DNA from: a virus
Lineage: Duplodnaviria > Caudoviricetes
IMG/VR virus record: IMGVR_UViG_3300016478_000076
Span: 1-53,056 of that record
DNA length: 53,056 bases
Direction: 5' to 3' (one strand)
Shown: positions 40,322 to 47,473 of the stretch, piece by piece
How positions within the stretch are numbered: the first letter of the stretch is position 1
How the letters are laid out: each line of letters opens with the position of its first letter
Program-made: the position numbers and the translations under genes
Notes under the pieces: generated by a model
The model's database searches: none
Seen by the model: only the letters and a program-made list of their open reading frames with translations
Told to the model about the DNA's origin: nothing

Positions 40322-40322
40322 T

Positions 40323-40829
40323 ATGAGTAAAGAGAGTGTATATGATATTCTTTTCAAAAAGAATAATGTCGGAGAACCTGAATGTAATAAAGTTGAAGCT
40401 AGATCAGGCATCTTTAATATGGATAATAAAGAGCTATATATTTTAGCACCTACAATTCCTGTTAAAACTAAGCAGCCTGAAGGTCCAGATAAAGATAGGT
40501 TAGTTTTCGATAAAATCTGGAATGATCAGAAATACAAATATCTTGATAGTTTAGAGATTAATAATAAAACTATCATGATACAGCTAATAGCTAAAGCGTT
40601 TCCTAAAACCGTAGGAAATGATTTATATAAATTTGTGCAGCACGTAGATATCCAAAGATCTACTAATGATGAGCTAGTGCAAAAAATAGTATTATTTGTA
40701 ATTAGTAAACATCAAGAAGTAGCTAAAGGTGCTTTAGCTCAAAAAGAAATACAGGATATTTACGATGAGGCTTGGGGTATCGTGCTAGACCATAAAGTTT
40801 ATTATGAGACTTCTATTGATACTAAGTAA
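40323..40829 (+). CDS. Hypothetical protein (168 aa)
   Basis: SD GAGGAGG; operon position. Confidence 0.75.
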   Translation: MSKESVYDILFKKNNVGEPECNKVEARSGIFNMDNKELYILAPTIPVKTKQPEGPDKDRLVFDKIWNDQKYKYLDSLEINNKTIMIQLIAKAFPKTVGNDLYKFVQHVDIQRSTNDELVQKIVLFVISKHQEVAKGALAQKEIQDIYDEAWGIVLDHKVYYETSIDTK

Positions 40830-40845
40830 TCTAAAGATGTAACAG

Positions 40846-40878
40846 TCATCAAAGGGTACAATCCCTTTGATGATTTTT
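40846..40878 (+). terminator. Intrinsic terminator
   Basis: TCATCAAAGGG-N6-CCCTTTGATGA-TTTTT. Confidence 0.85.
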
Positions 40879-40897
40879 ATGTTTTTAGCATAGATTT

Positions 40898-40909
40898 AAC
40901 AATTCATTA
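40898..40909 (+). promoter_or_regulatory. Late-type promoter AACA-N6-TA
   Basis: AACAATTCATTA followed at once by a small hairpin and T tract. Confidence 0.55.
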
Positions 40910-40962
40910 AGTATACATTTTTGTATGCTATTTTTATTTTTAATCTAAAATAATATATAAAC

Positions 40963-40980
40963 GTATATTATAATATTGAA
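40963..40980 (+). promoter_or_regulatory. Early-type promoter
   Basis: GTATATTATAATATTGAA. Confidence 0.6.
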
Positions 40981-40994
40981 AGGAGAGGTTATAT

Positions 40995-41204
40995 ATGGAA
41001 GAAAGTAAAAACTTATTTAATTCAATTCACATAAAAGATAAGAACATCGAAGTGTATAATGGCTGTGATAGATGTAATAGACTATTCGGTCCAAACTTAG
41101 AGAATATAAAACAAGAACCTGTCGTAATTGACGGAGAAGACATAATGAAAGTTACCTGTTTGAAATGTGGGTATGAGCACCACTATCGAAACTGGAGAGT
41201 CTAA
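40995..41204 (+). CDS. Small C4 zinc-ribbon protein
   Basis: CDRC...CLKCG. Confidence 0.75.
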   Translation: MEESKNLFNSIHIKDKNIEVYNGCDRCNRLFGPNLENIKQEPVVIDGEDIMKVTCLKCGYEHHYRNWRV

Positions 41205-41227
41205 AAACTGAGAAAGGACGGTCATAT

Positions 41228-42034
41228 ATGAATATCATTAATAGCAATATGACTCCAAATGTAGCGGGCTATGGTGCTGGATATATTCCACCTAGCCCAA
41301 TTGGATCTACTTTAAACTTAGGGGGTTTAGGGTATAATAATCAAATGCAAATGAATACAATGCAGACTATGGGTGGATATTATAATCCTTATGGTGGTAC
41401 TATCTATAACCCATATCTAATGAGACAACAACAAGAAAGAGCAATGGCTATACAAAGACAACAGATGGAGCAACAAGCTAACATTATGAAGTCTTTATCT
41501 CGTATAGTAAACTCTAGTATGTCTGATGAAGAATTTGAAGAGTATTCAAAAGTATATCAGATGCAATATGAGCCTAATGAAGAACAACAATACATTCAAC
41601 AACAGAACAAGTTTGATATGATGGCTCATTATAATCCAGAACAACATAGACCTGTTGACCCTAGAACTATTAGAAATATCTATCTTATAAATCAGGAGAT
41701 AGAAAAGCAGAAATCTAGGTTTCCAGGTGATATGTCGTTACCTGAGTACTTAGAAGTTTCTGGTGATTTATTATACGAAGCTTTTATAGAAGAAGGTACA
41801 AGAAAGCAAAAAGATCTGAGTAGAACGTATAATAGTCAGAAATATAGAGACCTTATAGATATGCATAGTAATGCAACTTCATATTTTAATACTCTATATT
41901 CACAGGCTAAGATTAGACCTAATGTTACTATAGATGATATGGAAGTACGACTTCCAAAAGACTTAGAGAACTCTGAGTATCATCAACGGCAACGGAAGTT
42001 TGTTCAACAACTTATGCAAGGTGGTGGTATCTAA
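41228..42034 (+). CDS. Protein with a Q/N/Y/G/M-rich low-complexity N-terminus
   Basis: GGYYNPYGGTIYNPY, QQQERAMAIQRQQMEQQ. Confidence 0.75.
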   Translation: MNIINSNMTPNVAGYGAGYIPPSPIGSTLNLGGLGYNNQMQMNTMQTMGGYYNPYGGTIYNPYLMRQQQERAMAIQRQQMEQQANIMKSLSRIVNSSMSDEEFEEYSKVYQMQYEPNEEQQYIQQQNKFDMMAHYNPEQHRPVDPRTIRNIYLINQEIEKQKSRFPGDMSLPEYLEVSGDLLYEAFIEEGTRKQKDLSRTYNSQKYRDLIDMHSNATSYFNTLYSQAKIRPNVTIDDMEVRLPKDLENSEYHQRQRKFVQQLMQGGGI

Positions 42035-43443
42035 TGGCTAGAATAAATCCAATGGATATATTATATGGATATAAAAAGAATACTGTATCACCAGCAGATT
42101 TTATGTTCGACAATTTAGTAGCTCCACCTCTATTATCACTACTTACTATACAAGATATAGCTGCTCTAAATTATATAGCTACATCTTTAAAATATAGTGG
42201 TGCAATAGAGAAGAAGTATAAAGCTATGGATGCTGTATTATATCCTAGAGGTTTCAGAAAGTTAGCTACTGGAACTAATAGAAGAGCATATACACATCCT
42301 GAGTTTAAGATTATATTAAAAGTTGCTTTGGATTCTGTAGGAATATCTGATAGCCCTAGAGAATATCAAAATCAATTTCTAATAAAACCTTTCTGTACTA
42401 AAGTATTTGAAGTATCGCCTTGTGGTACTGTAGCTTTAGTAGAAAGAGTCAATCCAATAACTTCTAAAGCAGAGTTTCTATCTGTAGCAGAAGATATCTT
42501 CCATCTAATTAATAAGAAGATAATTGGACAATATGTACTAGAAGACATTGGAACTAAGTTCTTTATGAATTGGGGTTTAAGAGAAGGTGGCTTCGGTCCA
42601 GTATTATTAGACTTTCCATATGTATATGAACTAGATGGTTCTAAGCTAAGATGTAATGCTCTGATTCCAGAGAACAACTTCTTACCCTGTGGAGGGTCAG
42701 TAGATTATGATGATGGGTTTAACAAACTAGTATGTACAAAGTGTGGCAGAGAGTATTCTGCTCGTGAAATTAGTCAACCTGCTAAGCAAGGTGGACATTC
42801 AAATATTATTATTGAAAAAGATATAGAGGAGGAATTTCCAGTGATTATTCAAATTAAAAAGAATGGCGAAGTTATTAGACAATCTGAACCAGAATCAGAA
42901 AGAATAGTTATTCCTGAAAGAAAAGTAGACCATGTTCCAAAAAGAACTGGACTACGTAGAAATGAAGAGTTGGTAAGGACAGTAGAGAGTGACATACTTG
43001 GAACTATTATTATTAAGAAAAAGGTTAAGTCTAATAAAAATAATAATAATAGAAACAATAATAGAAATCAAAATAATCCTAAGCCTGAAGAGCAAGTAGA
43101 AGATATCTACAAGCATGGAATACCAACAGCAGTTGTTCATAAAGAAGTAGTAGAAGATGAACCTGTTGAAGAAGAGGTGATTGATAATGAGTATGTTGAA
43201 GAACCTATTAACTCAGAAGAACCTGATGATGTTGAAGTTGGGGTTGAAGAAACTGATCCAAATGAAGAATATATCTCAGAAGAATTAAATATTAAAGAGT
43301 CAGATTTCAATGAACCTGCTGATGAAGATGAGCCAACAGAGGCTAATGAGTACGCTGACAAATATAGTCATCTAATTCCTGCTGATGAAGAAGCTCCAAC
43401 AAGAGAGAAAATTATTAAGAAAAATAATAATGACTACTATTAA
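42034..43443 (+). CDS. Protein kinase-like protein with a zinc ribbon and an acidic tail
   Basis: G-loop LATGTNRRAY, ILKVA Lys, helix-C Glu (REY), ED.....NWG catalytic loop, LLDF; C...C...CTKC; D/E-rich tail. Confidence 0.7.
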   Translation: MARINPMDILYGYKKNTVSPADFMFDNLVAPPLLSLLTIQDIAALNYIATSLKYSGAIEKKYKAMDAVLYPRGFRKLATGTNRRAYTHPEFKIILKVALDSVGISDSPREYQNQFLIKPFCTKVFEVSPCGTVALVERVNPITSKAEFLSVAEDIFHLINKKIIGQYVLEDIGTKFFMNWGLREGGFGPVLLDFPYVYELDGSKLRCNALIPENNFLPCGGSVDYDDGFNKLVCTKCGREYSAREISQPAKQGGHSNIIIEKDIEEEFPVIIQIKKNGEVIRQSEPESERIVIPERKVDHVPKRTGLRRNEELVRTVESDILGTIIIKKKVKSNKNNNNRNNNRNQNNPKPEEQVEDIYKHGIPTAVVHKEVVEDEPVEEEVIDNEYVEEPINSEEPDDVEVGVEETDPNEEYISEELNIKESDFNEPADEDEPTEANEYADKYSHLIPADEEAPTREKIIKKNNNDYY

Positions 43444-43458
43444 AAAGGAGTAAATATT

Positions 43459-43995
43459 ATGGAATCTAAAATACAAGATTACACATTTAAGATATTGGGT
43501 ATTATTGAAATATGTGGTGGAGAGTATAAAGAAAATATACTTCAGAGTGAAGATTCTAATTATGTAATAACTGCATTATGTATAGAGACTCAAAGATATA
43601 TAGCAATAAAGATTCCAGAACTTTATATATCAGATAGTGGTATTATACAGAGAAGTTTATTGGTTGCTCATGAATTAGCTATTGATAAAACAGACTATGG
43701 CTCTTTAAAAATAGGAGACATTATAAAAGATGGTAAAATTACTAAGGACCAAGAGTTCACTTTTACTATTACTGATATTATTAATGTGAGAAATCCATAC
43801 AATCATGCTATTCCTGGAGAAAACTATACGATAGAAGCTAAATGTCGTGAGACTGGTAGAGGAGTTACTATCGAAGTAACTAGAAGTACTATTAGTGATA
43901 AAGTATTTATAAAGAAAGAATTATTAGAAGCTCATAAAAGATTAGAAGAATCTTCTAATCTTGCTCAGAATATACAAATAGGTGATATCTTATAA
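43459..43995 (+). CDS. Hypothetical protein with two tandem copies of a ~75-aa domain
   Basis: F.I..I...Y.I.A.C.ET...I.I...ISD...I...LL.AH...IGDI occurs twice. Confidence 0.75.
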   Translation: MESKIQDYTFKILGIIEICGGEYKENILQSEDSNYVITALCIETQRYIAIKIPELYISDSGIIQRSLLVAHELAIDKTDYGSLKIGDIIKDGKITKDQEFTFTITDIINVRNPYNHAIPGENYTIEAKCRETGRGVTIEVTRSTISDKVFIKKELLEAHKRLEESSNLAQNIQIGDIL

Positions 43996-44010
43996 AAATT
44001 TGAGGAGGAA

Positions 44011-44244
44011 ATGAAAATGGAAAAGAGATTTAGAATAATCAATGTTATGCAAGAGTCAGTAGGACAAGGAAGTGCAAGAGCATTTATACATGCGAAATGC
44101 ATGATCTCTGGTCAACCTCTAGCTATTACCATTCCTAAAGGTTGTTTAACTAATAAGAAATTTATCAGAAACGCATTATATGAAGCTTTAGAAGAGACTA
44201 AAAAATATCATGCTATTGATGTAAATATTGGAGATACTATATAA
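44011..44244 (+). CDS. Single-copy paralog of the same domain
   Basis: FRIINV...FIHAKC..SG..LAITIP....NKKFI...L.EA...NIGDTI. Confidence 0.75.
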   Translation: MKMEKRFRIINVMQESVGQGSARAFIHAKCMISGQPLAITIPKGCLTNKKFIRNALYEALEETKKYHAIDVNIGDTI

Positions 44245-44263
44245 TAAGAAGGAAGTGAAAACT

Positions 44264-44929
44264 ATGCTGAAAGGGAATATTTATGTCACTAACGACATGT
44301 CAATAGCGACACAATTATCAGCAAACCATCTTATAGTTTGTATAAGTGGAGACACTCAAAACTATAAAGAATTTATAAATGCTACCAATGCTTCGGTAGC
44401 ATCTTTACTACTTCCACCATATGAAGCTGTACAGCGAGAAATGGACGGAGATATGAATGGATTTATGCATATATATTTTGCTCATCTTGGTAGCCCTGAT
44501 TGTACTGCTTTTATAGCAATACTATTAAGAGCTTTATTCAACGGTAAGAATATCTTAATATATCTTACTAAAGATGAGAGTAAACTTAACTATATTGATT
44601 ACTTCAATAAGTTCCTTACAGATATCTATGGATTAACTATGGGTATTATAGGAGTAAGCGATTGTGTTTTCGATATAGCAAAAGCTCCACTAGTTTTAGG
44701 AACAATGTTACTAAACGATGTCTTAACGTCAGAAGAATATCTAGCTTCAATGCCTGGTCCGATACCACCGTATCAATCAGAAGTAATTGTAGCTAAATTA
44801 ATGGCTGATCTTAGACCGTATGGTATTGTATCTCTTCCTGATGCCTTTAAATATTTTAATGAGCACATAGAAGATAAACTAAAACTAACAACAGAGCTAA
44901 TAATTCCATTTAGGAGTGTGGGACCATAA
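44264..44929 (+). CDS. Hypothetical protein, weakly DUF488-like
   Basis: LLPPYEA...F..IY.AHL...GKNILI...YGL; start chosen by SD. Confidence 0.65.
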   Translation: MLKGNIYVTNDMSIATQLSANHLIVCISGDTQNYKEFINATNASVASLLLPPYEAVQREMDGDMNGFMHIYFAHLGSPDCTAFIAILLRALFNGKNILIYLTKDESKLNYIDYFNKFLTDIYGLTMGIIGVSDCVFDIAKAPLVLGTMLLNDVLTSEEYLASMPGPIPPYQSEVIVAKLMADLRPYGIVSLPDAFKYFNEHIEDKLKLTTELIIPFRSVGP

Positions 44930-45408
44930 TGATAATATTCGGAAAATATGATAAAGATATAGAAGCAATAATAGACACACAACATGGTAAGATTTATAAT
45001 TTTACTAGTACTAGAGAGGGGTATCCTATAATGGGAATTGCCCCTCCCTCTGAATTATACTCTTTACCAGAGAAAGAGTTTGACCAATTGTATGCAATAC
45101 ATCTTATAAATGACAATAAGTTATTTGTAAAGATGTTTAGTATTGTTCTAGATGCATATCATAATAAAGAAGTATATGTTCTAGTCTCAGATTACACAGA
45201 TGATGTGAATGAGAGTCTATTAAAGTTCTATCAAGCCCGATATGGATTAATCATACCGAGAGTCAACGAGTTCTCTGATTATATGGATTTAGACTCAGAA
45301 AAGTTTACTTTTACTGTGGCTGGATTATATAACTTTGATGAAGATCTTAAGAGATTTACTACGTTGCGTCCTGATTTATTGTCTGAATATTGTATGGAGT
45401 TAGGGTGA
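44929..45408 (+). CDS. Paralog of the upstream protein, weakly DUF488-like
   Basis: IAPPSEL...EFDQLYAIHL...NKEVYVL...RYGL. Confidence 0.65.
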   Translation: MIIFGKYDKDIEAIIDTQHGKIYNFTSTREGYPIMGIAPPSELYSLPEKEFDQLYAIHLINDNKLFVKMFSIVLDAYHNKEVYVLVSDYTDDVNESLLKFYQARYGLIIPRVNEFSDYMDLDSEKFTFTVAGLYNFDEDLKRFTTLRPDLLSEYCMELG

Positions 45409-45414
45409 TGATAT

Positions 45415-46230
45415 ATGTCAACCTTGTATAATCATGATGTCTATATAAGTCCTTATATAGACTTCGTGATTTCTGGTATAATAACTGAGTATGATATATC
45501 TAAAGCTAATGCTAATATATTATTATCTATGGGTATTATAACTAAAGAACTTAGAGATTATTATATTGCTCTTCCAAGAGAGCAAAGACAAGTATATCTA
45601 GGAATCCTTATTCGTGATAATAAGGATGCTAATAGAGCACTTAAAGAAGGTTTTATTAAATATCGTAAAGCCTTCTTTGAAGCTAATAATATTAGCGATA
45701 GCGAAGTTGTGAATATCCGTAAGGATGCTATATATTTACTTAATAAAAGAGCATCAGTCACAGTCTTTGACCAATATATAGAGTTCAAAGCTAGTAACGA
45801 ATATACTTCATATTATAATATATCTAAATCATTACAGATATTTTATCTGCATGATATTGTAAATAGAAGAGAGATAATTGACTTGAAAGGTATTAGTGAT
45901 GATATGAAACATTATCATGCTGATTATATGCTAGACTTCTTTCAAGTCTTATTTACAATAGCACAAACAGAGCCAATAGAAGAAGTTATACGAGTATTAT
46001 CGTTCTTCTATAATAACTATATCAACTTAAATCTAGAGGTCGGTTATTATAGAGAGTTAAATGCTAAATGCTTGTTTCGTTATAAGCCTACTTCTATTAC
46101 GACGTATACTACAATGTATGCTGATGAAGATTCTAAAAGTGTTTTAGATATATCAGTTAATAGAGAAGTATTAGAAAGATTAATTAAATTATATAGCAGA
46201 ATTCACATTTCACAAATAAAGAGAGTATAG
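45415..46230 (+). CDS. Family-B-like DNA polymerase palm (catalytic) fragment
   Basis: EYDISKANANIL (motif A-like), R.QRQVYLG (motif B-like), IRKDAIY (motif C-like), LKGI. Confidence 0.6.
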   Translation: MSTLYNHDVYISPYIDFVISGIITEYDISKANANILLSMGIITKELRDYYIALPREQRQVYLGILIRDNKDANRALKEGFIKYRKAFFEANNISDSEVVNIRKDAIYLLNKRASVTVFDQYIEFKASNEYTSYYNISKSLQIFYLHDIVNRREIIDLKGISDDMKHYHADYMLDFFQVLFTIAQTEPIEEVIRVLSFFYNNYINLNLEVGYYRELNAKCLFRYKPTSITTYTTMYADEDSKSVLDISVNREVLERLIKLYSRIHISQIKRV

Positions 46231-46264
46231 CCACTTAAGGCTATACTCAATTTATTTTTTCTTT
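46216..46264. terminator. Bidirectional terminator
   Basis: GAGTATAGCC-ACTTAA-GGCTATACTC between convergent genes. Confidence 0.8.
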
Positions 46265-46715
46265 AACGAGGAGAGTTATGTTGAATAATATAGTTATTTA
46301 ACTGAATATAAGCTCTATTAGCTATAATAACTGAAAGGCTATCTTGGTTGTATATCTTGGTAAGTCTAGTAATTAAAGCAGGACTCATAGTTCTAGATAT
46401 TTCATCTACTAAGCCTTTACATAGTTCTGTTTCTTTTTCAGTAGTGATATACTCAGTAAAGGTTATACCTTCTTGAATTAGATAATATAACATTATTTTT
46501 TCTATTATCATATCTAGTAAGGTAAAATCGTCTTCTTCAATTGTTAAACCCATGTCTATTTTATATCTATCTAATCTAGGTTTATTTTTTATATAGATAG
46601 CAAGTCCATTTAATATTTTAATTGTAAAAGCACCAGCAAGAAATAGAAATATCACATAAAATATAGTAAGTACATCAATAATATTCGTGTCCAGACGCAT
46701 TAAAAGTTCGTTCAT
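46263..46715 (-). CDS. Membrane protein with a single N-terminal TM helix
   Basis: IIDVLTIFYVIFLFLAGAFTI; SD GGAG before MNELL. Confidence 0.7.
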   Translation of the reverse strand: MNELLMRLDTNIIDVLTIFYVIFLFLAGAFTIKILNGLAIYIKNKPRLDRYKIDMGLTIEEDDFTLLDMIIEKIMLYYLIQEGITFTEYITTEKETELCKGLVDEISRTMSPALITRLTKIYNQDSLSVIIANRAYIQLNNYIIQHNSPR

Positions 46716-47385
46716 TATAAACACTCCAATCAATTATTTTTTCTCTTAATTTTAATAAATCCGAATCATATGATTTATCATTACTTATACAGTTATCAAT
46801 GTAATTAATTACTTTCTGTGCAACTCCCATAGTTATACCACTAGAATATAACTCTAGAAATTCCCACCACTTACCAATAGTCTGGTCTGGATGAATAAAT
46901 AATCCATCAGCATTATGATATAATTGATGTGGAGTTTTAGACATCATTACTATATTTACTCTATGATTAGTATGCTCTTGTTTAAGTAAGTAAACTAAGT
47001 CAAATGTAGTAATATATCCATAAGTGTTTAATATATGCTCACATATGATAAGTGCTATATCAAATATAGTAAGTGTCATATGATGCATCTCTATAGTAGC
47101 CATTTCATTAGTAATATTTCCATGTACTTGACATCTATCTAGTCCAAGTCCAATAAGAAACCCTTTGTAGTTGTTATACCTTACACTATGTCTAAATCTC
47201 TGTAAGGAATTCTTGATAAAGTTTGAATAGTCTTCAGAGTTCATTAAACTATCTCTAGTTTCTGCGAATGCTATATCATAAGCACCGTAGTCTGATGTTA
47301 GAGTAGGATTACCCATATCATTATAGGATCTTACTCCTGGCAATTCGTTGTGTTTCATTACGTCTGCATTTTTAAGCATACTCAT
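46675..47385 (-). CDS. HNH-like fold protein, paralog of 36191..36976
   Basis: C...IEMHH...IFDI...H...V.....KTPHQLYH....FI. Confidence 0.6.
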   Translation of the reverse strand: MSMLKNADVMKHNELPGVRSYNDMGNPTLTSDYGAYDIAFAETRDSLMNSEDYSNFIKNSLQRFRHSVRYNNYKGFLIGLGLDRCQVHGNITNEMATIEMHHMTLTIFDIALIICEHILNTYGYITTFDLVYLLKQEHTNHRVNIVMMSKTPHQLYHNADGLFIHPDQTIGKWWEFLELYSSGITMGVAQKVINYIDNCISNDKSYDSDLLKLREKIIDWSVYNERTFNASGHEYY

Positions 47386-47423
47386 ATTATTTCGACCTCC
47401 TCCAAATGTAAGCGTATTACGAT

Positions 47424-47455
47424 TACATAATATTAAGTATCTTTATCATATTGTT
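47424..47455. promoter_or_regulatory. Face-to-face late-type promoters for the divergent genes
   Basis: AACAATATGATA (minus, 47455-47444) and the variant TACATAATATTA (plus, 47424-47435). Confidence 0.55.
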
Positions 47456-47473
47456 AAAGGGGTGAATACGGCT

